This document shows, piece by piece, positions 52,740-62,040 of a stretch of 64,000 bases of DNA. This DNA is from Candidatus Limnocylindrales bacterium (lineage in GTDB: Bacteria; Chloroflexota; Limnocylindria; Limnocylindrales; CSP1-4). Every line of letters begins with the position of its first letter. Positions within the stretch are counted from its first letter, which is position 1. The translations under genes were made by a program, and so were the position numbers. The notes below the pieces were generated by a model, which did not search any database, had not been told where the DNA came from, and worked only from the letters and a program-made list of their open reading frames with translations. The stretch lies in assembly GCA_038319665.1 (NCBI GenBank), contig JBBQDL010000005.1, positions 6,223 through 70,222 on the forward strand, in the 5' to 3' direction.

Positions 52740-53860
52740 TCGAGGCGGCCGCGATCGTCGGCGGCCAGCCGCGCCGCGATCGCCTCGGCGGCACCGGCCG
52801 GCGCCAGGTCCATCCCCGCCGCGCGCGCGAGTGCGATCGACCGCGTGGATTCGACCGGTGCCCAGCGCGCCAGGGCATCGATGGCCTGGCCGGTGTCGAG
52901 ACCAACGAGCATCATCCGGCCGTCGGACCCCGCGAGCAACTCGACCCATTCGGTCGACGACCGCAGGACGAGGCAGGGGACGCCCAGCCAGCCGGACTCG
53001 CGCTGGATCCCGCCCGAATCGGTGAGGACGGCCGCCGCGTGGAGCTGGAGGGTCAATGCCGAGCGATAGCCGAGCGGCTCGATCACGCAGACGTCCGGGC
53101 CGAGGTCCTCGCCCACTGCGTCGAGCGCCGATCGTGTTCCCGGGTGCAGGGCGAGGATGACCCGGCGGTCTGCCCGTGCCACGGCCCGGAGCATCGAAGC
53201 CCACGCCCGGATGGCTTCGGGCGACCGGTTCTCCGCGCGATGGACCGTGCAGAACAGGTAGCCGCCGGGCTCCAATCCGAGCTCGCCGAGGCCGACGGCG
53301 CCGAGTGCGCTCGGATCTCGGATCTCCTGCGCGACACGAGCTGCGAGGTCCTGCATCAGGTCGCCGACGAGCTCGACACCATCGGTGACGCCTTCGCGCG
53401 CGAGGTTATCGATGGCCGCCGAGGTCGGGGCGAAGAGCCAGTGGGAGAGGTGGTCGGCGACGACCCGGTTGACCTCCTCCGGCATCCGCCGATCGAACGA
53501 GCGGAGGCCGGCCTCGACGTGCGCCACGCGCACATTGAGCTTGGCGGCTGAAAGGGCGCCCGCGAGCGTCGAGTTCGTGTCGCCGTAGACGAGGACCGCG
53601 TCCGGTCGGACAGCGATGACGATCGACTCGAGCGCGCCCAGCATCGCCCCGGTCTGGGCCGCGTGGGACCCGCTTCCGATCCCCAGCGAATGGTCCGGCC
53701 TCGGGAGTCCGAGCTCGGTGAAGAAGATGCCTGCCATCGCCTCGTCGTAGTGCTGCCCCGTGTCGACGAGGACCTCGTCGTGACGCGCGCGCAGAACCGG
53801 CGTGAGGGCCGCCGCCTTGATGAGCTGTGGCCGTGTCCCGACGACACTGAGGATGCGCAC
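52736..53860 (-). CDS. UDP-N-acetylglucosamine-type 2-epimerase, non-hydrolysing (WecB/WbpI family)
   Basis: MRILSVVGTRPQLIKAAAL...DTGQHYD...YGDTNSTLAGALSAAKL...VAHVEAGLRSFD..MPEEVNR...TDSGGIQRE is the canonical family signature. Confidence 0.9.
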   Translation of the reverse strand: MRILSVVGTRPQLIKAAALTPVLRARHDEVLVDTGQHYDEAMAGIFFTELGLPRPDHSLGIGSGSHAAQTGAMLGALESIVIAVRPDAVLVYGDTNSTLAGALSAAKLNVRVAHVEAGLRSFDRRMPEEVNRVVADHLSHWLFAPTSAAIDNLAREGVTDGVELVGDLMQDLAARVAQEIRDPSALGAVGLGELGLEPGGYLFCTVHRAENRSPEAIRAWASMLRAVARADRRVILALHPGTRSALDAVGEDLGPDVCVIEPLGYRSALTLQLHAAAVLTDSGGIQRESGWLGVPCLVLRSSTEWVELLAGSDGRMMLVGLDTGQAIDALARWAPVESTRSIALARAAGMDLAPAGAAEAIAARLAADDRGRLD

Positions 53861-53899
53861 GAACGGAGGGTAGCGGTCGGGCCGGCGAGCCGTTCGAGC

Positions 53900-55303
53900 C
53901 TAGCGGCGACCGCCGATCCCGCGGTAGTCGACGCTGTCGGGCAGGACCAGATCGCGGAGCGAATTCCGGCCGTCGATGAACGCACGAAGCCTCGGGAACC
54001 AGTCGGGGTCGATGGTGCGCCAGGTCGGATCGGCAGTCTGGGTGACGATCGCCGTCACATCCGGGTCGACCTGCCCCCAGGACCACGCCGTCGCGCCCGT
54101 CCGTTCCGTCTCGGGCCCGGTCAGCAACGGGTCGAAGGCCTGCACGCCCGCGCCCCGCTCCCAGAGCCCGGAGATGAGCGGCAAGGCACGCGAGTAGGCC
54201 AGCTCCTTGACCCCCTCGCGATAGGTCAACCCGAGAACGAGGACCGACGCCCCGTCGAGCGTCCCGAGCATCTCGGCCAGCCGGTCGATGACGAGGGCGA
54301 CCTGCCCGTCATTGACCCGACGCGCCTGGGCGACGAGCTCCATCTCGGGGGCTCGATCGAGGAGGAACCGGGGGTAGACCGGGATGCAGTGACCGCCGAC
54401 GCCAAGCCCCGGCTGGTGGATGTGGCTATACGGCTGGCTGTTGGCGGCCGCGATGACCTCGAGGATGTCGACCCCGACCCGATCCGCGTATCCGGCGAAT
54501 TCGTTGGCCAGGGCGATGTTCACGTCGCGATACGTCGTATCGGCGAGCTTCGCGAACTCGGCCGCCTCCGACGAGGACATGGCCACGACCTCGGCATCCA
54601 GGACGCTGGCGTAGAAGGCCGTGGCCCGCGCGGTGGAGGCCTTGCCGAGGCCACCGACCAGCTTCGGATAGGTGGCCAGGTTGCGGAGGGCCGCGCCGCT
54701 GTACAGCCGCTCCGGTGAGAAGGCCACGAACAGGTCCTCTTCGAGCACCAGCCCGGACGCCTCGGCCATGATCGGCGCGTAGCGATCGCGCGTGTCACCG
54801 ACCGGGAGGGTGGTCTCGAGGACGACCGTCGCGCCGGCCCGCAGACCGGCCGCCATCCCCGCCACGGCGGCATCCATCGACCGGTGGTCCGGGTGGTTCG
54901 TGGCATCGAGCATGACCGGGACGATGAGCACGATGACGTCCGACTCGGCCGCGGCGGCTGCGGCATCCTGGGTGGCCCGGAGGCGGCCAGCCGCATGCGC
55001 TTCGGCAACGAGCTCGGCGACCCCGGGCTCCGCGCCGATGTGTGAGCGGCCCGCGTTGATGGACTCCACGACCGCCTGATCGATGTCGACCGCGATCACG
55101 GTCCAGCCATGGGAGGCGAATTGGGCCGCCAGGGGCAGGCCCATCTTGCCGGCGCCGACCACTGCCACCGTGCCTGCCGTTCCCGCCTCTCCGGTCCACG
55201 GCCGGACCTGGCGGGCCGGTGCGTGCCGGCACTGGTTGGCCGGGAGCGCGATCGAGCCACCGACCAGCGAGGATCCGGCTGCGGCCCTGACGATCGAGCT
55301 CAA
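53900..55303 (-). CDS. UDP-N-acetyl-hexosamine 6-dehydrogenase (nucleotide-sugar dehydrogenase, WbpA/WecC family)
   Basis: The Rossmann motif is VAVVGAGKMGLPLAAQF and the catalytic region is GLGVGGHCIPVYP. The track start is TTG 55303, overlapping the upstream stop (TTGA). An internal GTG is a possible alternative. Confidence 0.85.
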   Translation of the reverse strand: MSSIVRAAAGSSLVGGSIALPANQCRHAPARQVRPWTGEAGTAGTVAVVGAGKMGLPLAAQFASHGWTVIAVDIDQAVVESINAGRSHIGAEPGVAELVAEAHAAGRLRATQDAAAAAAESDVIVLIVPVMLDATNHPDHRSMDAAVAGMAAGLRAGATVVLETTLPVGDTRDRYAPIMAEASGLVLEEDLFVAFSPERLYSGAALRNLATYPKLVGGLGKASTARATAFYASVLDAEVVAMSSSEAAEFAKLADTTYRDVNIALANEFAGYADRVGVDILEVIAAANSQPYSHIHQPGLGVGGHCIPVYPRFLLDRAPEMELVAQARRVNDGQVALVIDRLAEMLGTLDGASVLVLGLTYREGVKELAYSRALPLISGLWERGAGVQAFDPLLTGPETERTGATAWSWGQVDPDVTAIVTQTADPTWRTIDPDWFPRLRAFIDGRNSLRDLVLPDSVDYRGIGGRR

Positions 55304-56334
55304 CCGGGCACCAGCTCGACCGTCCGGCGTTCCCGGGCCGCGGTCAGGAGCGCCTCGGCCAGGACGACCGCCCAGCGACCATCTTCCGCATCCACGACCG
55401 GCCGGTCGCCGTTCCGGACGACGCTGATGAACGATTCGAGTTCAGCGACGAGCGGCTCGCCGGTCGCGACCCGCAGCTCGACGACGTCGCTCTCGAAGGT
55501 TGGCGCGTACCCGCCGATCAACCGCGGCTTCGACGTGTCGGTCGCACGAGCGAAGGTCAGACGCTGGGTGAGGTAGTCGAGTTCGAACATCCCCTCCTCG
55601 CCCAGGACCGTCAACTGCCTCCGTTTGGCCGGGGTGAGCCAATCGACGTCGAGCATCGCGACGGTGCCCGAGGGGAACGACATCAGGCCGAACAGGAGGT
55701 CCTCGTGGTCGGCGTGGATGCGCCTCGCCGTTTCGGCCGAGACGCGCGACGGGCGTTCGGCCGCGATCGAGCACAGGATGTCGGCATCATGGGTCGCCAG
55801 GTCGAGGGTCACCCCGACGTCGCGGATTCGCGCCGGGAACGGACCCGAGCGACGACTCGAGATGGCGAAGACCGAGGACAGCCAGCCCGCCCCGAGGACC
55901 CGACCGAGCTCGAGGATCGCCGGATTGAAGCGCTCGATATGCCCAACCTGGACGGGCGCGGCGCCGGCCGCCGACGCCGCGGCCACGACCCGGTCCGCTT
56001 CGCCGGTGGTCGATGCCAGCGGCTTCTCGACGAGGACGGCGATGCCACGCTCGATCGCGGCCAGGGTCAGCGGCAGGTGACTCGTGGTCGGCGCGGCGAT
56101 GACCACCGCGTCAAGATCAGCCTCCGACAGCATCGCCAGCGGCTCGCTGAACCGCTGGGCGCCGGAGCGGGCGCTGGCCGCATCCAGCGCGACCGGCTCG
56201 GGATCCGAGACGGCGGCCAACCGAACACCGGGCAGCCCGCCCAACACGCGCAGGTGGTTCCGTCCCATCGCCCCAAGGCCGATCAGCCCGACCCGGACCT
56301 CGCGGTCGCCGACCGGTGACCATGTGCCGGTCAT
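55300..56334 (-). CDS. Gfo/Idh/MocA-family NAD-dependent oxidoreductase (WbpB-like UDP-GlcNAcA 3-dehydrogenase candidate)
   Basis: VRVGLIGLGAMGRNHLRVL...VLVEKPLA carries the EKP motif and a dimerisation C-domain follows. It has 4-nt overlaps with both neighbours. Confidence 0.8.
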   Translation of the reverse strand: MTGTWSPVGDREVRVGLIGLGAMGRNHLRVLGGLPGVRLAAVSDPEPVALDAASARSGAQRFSEPLAMLSEADLDAVVIAAPTTSHLPLTLAAIERGIAVLVEKPLASTTGEADRVVAAASAAGAAPVQVGHIERFNPAILELGRVLGAGWLSSVFAISSRRSGPFPARIRDVGVTLDLATHDADILCSIAAERPSRVSAETARRIHADHEDLLFGLMSFPSGTVAMLDVDWLTPAKRRQLTVLGEEGMFELDYLTQRLTFARATDTSKPRLIGGYAPTFESDVVELRVATGEPLVAELESFISVVRNGDRPVVDAEDGRWAVVLAEALLTAARERRTVELVPG

Positions 56335-57470
56335 CGCGGTGCCGCTCCCTCCGGCGCGGCATCGCGGCGCCGGCTCGTGCCGGCCTTGGCGCGACGTTCG
56401 ACGGCGGCGCGGACCGCGGCGATGACCGTGTCCTGGTCCTCCTCGGCCAACGTCGGGTACATCGGCAGCGACAGGGTGTGCTCGGACGCCCAGTCCGTGG
56501 TCGGCAGCTCGGCCCCGAGCCCACGCTCCAGGACGTACGGCTGGCGATGGACCGGGATCGGGTAGTAGATCCCCGTACCGACCCCGGCCGCTGCCAGGTC
56601 GGCCACGATGCCGTCGCGATCGTCGTCGACGGCGATCGTGTACTGATGGAAGACGTGCGTTCGACCGGCCGGGACAACCGGAGTCACGATGGGCAGGTCG
56701 GCGAAGGCCGCGTCGTACCGCGCCGCGATGGCCCGGCGACGGTCCGTGTTGCGCTCGAGCTTGTCGAGCTGGCAGAGACCGATCGCGGCGGCGAGATCGG
56801 TCAGGCGGAAGTTATAGCCCACCATCTCGTGGCGGTATCGCTCGCGCATCCCCTGGTTCCGATAGAGCCGGATCCAGTCGGCGAGGCGGTCGTCGTCGGT
56901 CGTGATCAGGCCGCCCTCGCCGGTCGTCATGTTCTTCGTGCCGTACAGGCTGAACGCACCGTGGCCGAAGCTCCCGACGCGACGCCCATCGAAGGTCGCG
57001 GCATGGGCCTGACAGGCGTCTTCGACGATCGCCAGGCCGTGACGATCGGCGATGGCGGCGATCGCCGCCATGTCGGCCGGCAGGCCGAACAGGTGGACCG
57101 GACAGATGGCCCGGGTCCGGGGCGTGATCGCGGCCTCGATCCGGCCCGCGTCGATCAGGTACGTCTCGGGCTCGATGTCGACGAAGACGGGCGTGGCGCC
57201 GGTCGACAGGATCGAGCTGACGGTGGCGTTGAACGTGTGCCCGACGGTGATAACCTCGTCGCCCGGACCCATGCCCAGGCCCTCGAACAGGCACATCAGC
57301 GCGACGGTCCCGTTGCTGACCGCGATCGCGTGCTTGACGCCGATGAAGGCGGCGAACCGGTCCTCCAGCTCCGCCACCCGACGCCCGCCCGCGAGCATCC
57401 CGCTCTGGAGGACCTCGGTGACGGCGGCGATCTCTTCGGGCCCGATGTCGGGGCGCGCGATCGGGATCAT
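56331..57470 (-). CDS. DegT/DnrJ/EryC1/StrS-family PLP-dependent sugar aminotransferase (WbpE-like)
   Basis: IPIARPDIGPEE...FIGVKHAIAVSNGTVAL...FSLYGTKNMTTGEGG contains the PLP-Lys motif, followed by ...YNFRLTDLAAAIG. Confidence 0.9.
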   Translation of the reverse strand: MIPIARPDIGPEEIAAVTEVLQSGMLAGGRRVAELEDRFAAFIGVKHAIAVSNGTVALMCLFEGLGMGPGDEVITVGHTFNATVSSILSTGATPVFVDIEPETYLIDAGRIEAAITPRTRAICPVHLFGLPADMAAIAAIADRHGLAIVEDACQAHAATFDGRRVGSFGHGAFSLYGTKNMTTGEGGLITTDDDRLADWIRLYRNQGMRERYRHEMVGYNFRLTDLAAAIGLCQLDKLERNTDRRRAIAARYDAAFADLPIVTPVVPAGRTHVFHQYTIAVDDDRDGIVADLAAAGVGTGIYYPIPVHRQPYVLERGLGAELPTTDWASEHTLSLPMYPTLAEEDQDTVIAAVRAAVERRAKAGTSRRRDAAPEGAAPR

Positions 57471-58192
57471 TCGCCGGCCCGGGATGCATCGGCCGGATGC
57501 TGACGTGCGACTAGCGAACCGTCAGCACCGCTGCGGTCGTACTCAAGGCCGCACGCGGGGCACCTGAGTGCCGTCGAGCGGGGGCCGTCGCCCTCCTCGA
57601 CCAGCCGCTCTCCACAGACGCACACCCAGCCGATCTGGCGGGCCGGGTTGCCGACGACCAGCGCGTGGGCGGGGACGTCGTGGGTCACGACTGCACCCGC
57701 GCCGACCATCGCGTACGGGCCGACGTTACGACCGGCGACGACGACGGCACCCGCCCCGACCGAGGCGCCGACGGCGATGCGGATCGGGCTGACCGCCCAG
57801 TCGGCCGCCCGGGCGAGGCCGCCATCGGTGTTCAGCGATCGCGGGCGACGGTCGTTGGTCAGGATCGCCCCGGGGCCGATGAACACACCGTCCTCGATGG
57901 TCACGCCGTGGTAGATTAGCGCGCCGTTCTGCACCTTGACCCGGTCGCCCAGCGTCACCGACTCGTCGATGAACACGTCCCGGCCGATGACCCCGTCGCG
58001 ACCGATCCGGGCGCCGCGCCGAATCTGCGCGCGGTGCCACACCTGCGTGCCCGGTCCGACGGTGACCTCGGCCTCGAGGTCCGCCGTGGCGTGGATCTGC
58101 GCGGACGGGTCGATCACTCGGTTGCGCCTCCTGGCGGTCTCTCGCCCCATGAGGGGGAGCGGGAGTATATCGGGCATCGGGAAGGTAGCCAT
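57467..58192 (-). CDS. hexapeptide-repeat (left-handed beta-helix) N-acetyltransferase (WbpD-like) with a C-terminal CxC...CxxC tail
   Basis: Imperfect hexapeptide repeats are present (VGPGTQV, IGRDGVIGRDVFI, VQNGALI, IGPGAILTND, VGASVGAGAVV, VGAGAVVTHDV). The tail reads WVCVCGERLVEEGDGPRSTALRCPACGLEY. Confidence 0.85.
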   Translation of the reverse strand: MATFPMPDILPLPLMGRETARRRNRVIDPSAQIHATADLEAEVTVGPGTQVWHRAQIRRGARIGRDGVIGRDVFIDESVTLGDRVKVQNGALIYHGVTIEDGVFIGPGAILTNDRRPRSLNTDGGLARAADWAVSPIRIAVGASVGAGAVVVAGRNVGPYAMVGAGAVVTHDVPAHALVVGNPARQIGWVCVCGERLVEEGDGPRSTALRCPACGLEYDRSGADGSLVARQHPADASRAGE

Positions 58193-58232
58193 CGGGGGTC
58201 GCGCGTGACGACGAGGGCGTCGGCCCTCGTGA

Positions 58233-60269
58233 TCAGGCGCTGGCCGCGGCCGAGGTGGGGTCGGTGGCCGTCATCGCGGCGATCGACGGCAGGCCTTCGA
58301 CGTCGGTCGAGATCGCCGCGGCACGGCGAATCGGTGCCTTCGAGGCGACCGAGTCGAACAACGCGGTCCGCAGCTCCTCGTCCCGATCGCCGTAGGCCAG
58401 GGCCAACAGCCGGCGGGCCCGCTCCTCGATGTCGTCCGGCGAGCGGACATCGACGACCCGGAAGATCTTGTCGACATCGGTCAGCGCTACATTCTCGGTC
58501 TCGTAGAAGAGCCGTTCGTGGAGCTTCTCGCCGGGCCGGAGGCCGGTGAACCGGATCGGCACGCTCGCGACGTCGCGACCGGCCAGGCGGATCAGGTCGT
58601 GCACCATGTCGATGATCTTGACCGGCTCACCCATGTCGAGCACGAACAGGTCGCCCGGCCGACCGATCGCAGCGGCATCGAGGATCAACCAGCCCGCTTC
58701 CTGGATGGTCATGAAGTAGCGCGACATCTCGGGATGGGTGACGGTGATCGCTTCACCATTCTCGAGCTGGCTCTGGAAGATCGGCAGGACGCTGCCCGCG
58801 GAGCCGAGGACATTGCCGAAACGGACCGCGACGTACGGCCGACCGGTGCGAGCGGCGGCGTCCGACACCAGCCATTCCGCCAACCGCTTGGTCGCGCCCA
58901 TCACGCTTGAGGGCTCGACGGCCTTGTCGGTGGAGACGAGGACGAAGCGGGGCACGCCGGCGTCGACAGCCGCGGAGAGGACCGCCATCGTCCCGCCGAT
59001 GTTGACCTGGACCCCCTCCGAGGGGTGCTCCTCCATCATCGGCACGTGCTTGCAGGCGGCGGCATGGAAGATCACGGCCGGCTTGGTGTCGGCGATGAGC
59101 CGATTGACGACCGCGCGACTGGCGACGTTGGCAAGGTGGATCGAGAGGTCGCCGCGCCCGCGGCCGTCGAGGGCCCGGAGCTCCAGCTCCCGCTGGATCA
59201 TGTACAGCGGGCTCTCGGCTCGATCGACGAGAACCAGGCGACTCGGCCCGATGGCATAGACCTGCCTGGCGAGCTCCGATCCGATCGACCCGCCGGCGCC
59301 GGTGATCATCACGACCTGGTCCCGGATCGTATCGGAGACGCCCGCGGCGTGGACGGTCACCTGCTCGCGGGTGAGCAGGTCGGCGAGGCGAACCTCGCGA
59401 AGCCGATTCACACTGCGGCTGCCGTCCAGCAACTCGTAGACCGGCGGAACGGTCCGCACCGTCAGGCCGGCCTCGACTGCTCGATCCATGATCTTCCGGA
59501 CCGTCTCGCCGGAGGCGTTGGGCATCGTGATGAGCAGCATCCGGGCGCCGGTTCGGCGGACGGCCTCCTCGAGCCGCTCGAGCCCGCCCAGGACCGGCAG
59601 GCCGGCCACGCTCAAGCCGCGATGGGCCGGATCGTTGTCGAGGAAGCCGACAGGCTTCACGCCGGCCTTGGGCTCACGCATGGCCGATCGAGCCATCAGC
59701 GCACCCGTCCGTCCGGCCCCGAACAGGAGGGCCGGCGTCAGCGAGATCGGCTCACCCTCGATGACCGCCCAGGTGCCAAGATCGTTGCAGGCACGAACGA
59801 AGAGCCGTACGCCACCGATCATGGCCAGGCTCAAGATCGCCTCGAGGATCCAGAACGACCTCGGGATGCCCTGCGCCTCTGGAAAGCCGGCGGGCAGAAG
59901 GACGCCGAAGAAAACGGCCAGGCAGATCATGGTGCCGATCACCACTGACGACACGATCTGGGTCAGATCGGGCACGCTCGCGTAAACCCAAGCTCGGTGG
60001 TATAGACTGAAACGCACGTTGACCAGGGGCCGGACGGCCAGCGGGAGGAGCGCGATCGGCAGGTAGGGAGCGAGCGCGCTGTAGCTCAACAGACCGTCGA
60101 TGCGCAATGACAGGGCGAGATAGATGGACAGCGCGATCGCGAAGACGTCGATGATCAGGAGGTGCCGCCCGCGCAGCGAGCGGACCGCCATGCCGAGCCG
60201 GCTGCCGAGATTGAAGGTCAGCTTCTGGGCAGAGTCGATGGCGACTCGGGACGCCTCAGCGGTAGTCAT
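58233..60269 (-). CDS. membrane-bound polysaccharide biosynthesis protein CapD/WbpM/PglF-type (UDP-HexNAc 4,6-dehydratase family)
   Basis: ATG 60269 opens four N-terminal TM helices, then two Rossmann regions (LLFGAGRTG; VMITGAGGSIGSEL). The SDR catalytic context is FVLVSTDKAV...MGATKRLAE. Confidence 0.85.
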   Translation of the reverse strand: MTTAEASRVAIDSAQKLTFNLGSRLGMAVRSLRGRHLLIIDVFAIALSIYLALSLRIDGLLSYSALAPYLPIALLPLAVRPLVNVRFSLYHRAWVYASVPDLTQIVSSVVIGTMICLAVFFGVLLPAGFPEAQGIPRSFWILEAILSLAMIGGVRLFVRACNDLGTWAVIEGEPISLTPALLFGAGRTGALMARSAMREPKAGVKPVGFLDNDPAHRGLSVAGLPVLGGLERLEEAVRRTGARMLLITMPNASGETVRKIMDRAVEAGLTVRTVPPVYELLDGSRSVNRLREVRLADLLTREQVTVHAAGVSDTIRDQVVMITGAGGSIGSELARQVYAIGPSRLVLVDRAESPLYMIQRELELRALDGRGRGDLSIHLANVASRAVVNRLIADTKPAVIFHAAACKHVPMMEEHPSEGVQVNIGGTMAVLSAAVDAGVPRFVLVSTDKAVEPSSVMGATKRLAEWLVSDAAARTGRPYVAVRFGNVLGSAGSVLPIFQSQLENGEAITVTHPEMSRYFMTIQEAGWLILDAAAIGRPGDLFVLDMGEPVKIIDMVHDLIRLAGRDVASVPIRFTGLRPGEKLHERLFYETENVALTDVDKIFRVVDVRSPDDIEERARRLLALAYGDRDEELRTALFDSVASKAPIRRAAAISTDVEGLPSIAAMTATDPTSAAASA

Positions 60270-60510
60270 TGGATTCCCATGGGCACGACCGCACGACATG
60301 CGTCCGATCCGTTTGCGCGAGGGGCGACAACGTCGTCGCCGATCCAACCATCGATCCATGCCCCCCACGGCATCGAGTTCCCAAGAACTCGGACATCCCC
60401 AGATACCGGCCGAAGACCGCGCCCGTCCTCTGGGAGCCGGACGATTACTGTAGGACAACCGGACGCAAAAGACGATACGAAAGTAGGGGTGCAATAGGCC
60501 GTATTACCTA

Positions 60511-61263
60511 TTACGTGGTGCGTTCCGGCAACTTATCCACAGTCGCCCTACCGCGATGCCGTCCGTCCCGATCCGGGCCGCGCACGCAGGCGCCGAAGAG
60601 GATGTATCGCCACCGGCTCGGGACCCAGCGTGACAGTCGATCATCGATCCGTCCGAGGAGATCGCGCTGGCCTTCGCTCCGCCCGAATAGTGCCAGGACT
60701 CCCCACGCCTCGAACGTTGTGGCACTGAATGCGTTGAAAAGGTCGAGGTCGCGGTCGAGGTCGAGGTACCGCCAGCCATCCCACGGAACGAAGCGTGACC
60801 GCATCCACCTGTGCAACCTCGAGCCCATCAGGTTCTCGGCGAAGAGCAGGGTCCCGCCGGGTTTCAGGACGCGATGGATCTCACTAACGGCCTGGGCCTG
60901 CCTCTCTTTCGTCCGCAGGGCGCCAAGGACCGACTTGAAGATGACGATGTCGAACGACCCGTCCGGGTAGGCCATCGACGTGGCGTCGAGCTGTGCATAG
61001 GTGACGAGATCGCTCACGCCGTATCGCCGATGGAGGGCCATGGCCGGCTCGGGCGACGCATCGACGTCCGTGGACACGACCTCGATGCCCTGCATCGCCA
61101 GCCACAGACTGAGGCCGCCGCCCCGCTCGCCGATCGCAAGCGCGGTCCTGCGCCCATCGCCGGGGAGATGCGGTTGCCAGAAGGGCAGAGCGCGCGACCA
61201 GTTGCGGACGTCCCATACGATGACGGCGCGGCCAAGGGCGTCGTCCGCGGACCTCCCGCCCAT
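60511..61263 (-). CDS. class I SAM-dependent methyltransferase
   Basis: ATG 61263 is preceded by a perfect AGGAGG RBS. ALAIGERGGGLSLWLA is the SAM motif I (E/DxGxGxG-like), followed by FDIVIFKSVL and LKPGGTLLFAE. Confidence 0.8.
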   Translation of the reverse strand: MGGRSADDALGRAVIVWDVRNWSRALPFWQPHLPGDGRRTALAIGERGGGLSLWLAMQGIEVVSTDVDASPEPAMALHRRYGVSDLVTYAQLDATSMAYPDGSFDIVIFKSVLGALRTKERQAQAVSEIHRVLKPGGTLLFAENLMGSRLHRWMRSRFVPWDGWRYLDLDRDLDLFNAFSATTFEAWGVLALFGRSEGQRDLLGRIDDRLSRWVPSRWRYILFGACVRGPDRDGRHRGRATVDKLPERTT

Positions 61264-61434
61264 CGGTTCCTCCTGGGTGAGCCTCACCGTTCGATCGGAA
61301 CGATCCGGCGCTCGACCTGTGCCGGCCGCGCCGCGAGACCTTATCAGACCGCCTCCGAGCGACGGTCGGCCTGGACACGTCATCATCTGGGCCATCGAAT
61401 GGCGATCCATGGCACCTGCAGGGGTCCGCGATCA

Positions 61435-62034
61435 GTGACAAAACGGATGATGGATGTGGTGGTCGGGGGCCTTGGCCTGCTGGTCAGCCTGCCCATCCTC
61501 ATCGGGCTTCGCGTGTGGATGTGGGCTTCAGGCGATCGCGGGCCGTTCCTCTTCCGCGCGAAGCGCGTCGGCGAAGGCGGCCGCCTGATCACCGTGCTCA
61601 AGGTCCGGACGATGATCGCCGACGCCCAGGGTTCGGCGGTCGCCACGGCCGGCGACCAACGAGTGACGCCGGTCGGTCGCACCCTTCGGCGGTACCGGTT
61701 GGACGAGCTCCCCCAGTTGATCAACGTCGTGAAGGGCGAGATGTCCATGGTCGGGCCGAGGCCCGAGGATCCGGCATTCGTGGACCTCTCCAAGCCGGAT
61801 CATCAGCGCGTGTTCACCGCCAGGCCGGGGATCACGGGGCTGGCCCAGCTCACGTTCCATGATGAAGCGAAGCTCCTCGCGGGACCTGATGCCGAGCGCC
61901 GCTACCGCGACGAGGTCCTGCCGGCAAAGTTGCGCCTCGACATCGAATACCTCGACCGGCGCTCGATCCGGCTCGACATGATCATCCTGCTCCGAACGAT
62001 CCGGATGCTGTTCGGTCGAGGGCGGCCCGCCTGA
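61435..62034 (+). CDS. small monotopic phosphoglycosyl transferase ('bacterial sugar transferase', PglC/WbaP C-domain-like)
   Basis: KRMMDVVVGGLGLLVSLPILIGL is the re-entrant helix, followed by GPFLFRAKRVGEGG..ITVLKVRTM, DELPQLINVVKGEMSMVGPRPE and RPGITGLAQ. GTG 61435 or ATG 61447 could be the start. Confidence 0.85.
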   Translation: MTKRMMDVVVGGLGLLVSLPILIGLRVWMWASGDRGPFLFRAKRVGEGGRLITVLKVRTMIADAQGSAVATAGDQRVTPVGRTLRRYRLDELPQLINVVKGEMSMVGPRPEDPAFVDLSKPDHQRVFTARPGITGLAQLTFHDEAKLLAGPDAERRYRDEVLPAKLRLDIEYLDRRSIRLDMIILLRTIRMLFGRGRPA

Positions 62035-62040
62035 CCGGGA

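Noticed and set aside
60811-61434. An upstream extension of the sugar-transferase ORF (407 aa in the track).
   Set aside because: It is antisense to the methyltransferase gene. PglC-type transferases are about 200 aa and begin at the hydrophobic re-entrant helix, as found from 61435.
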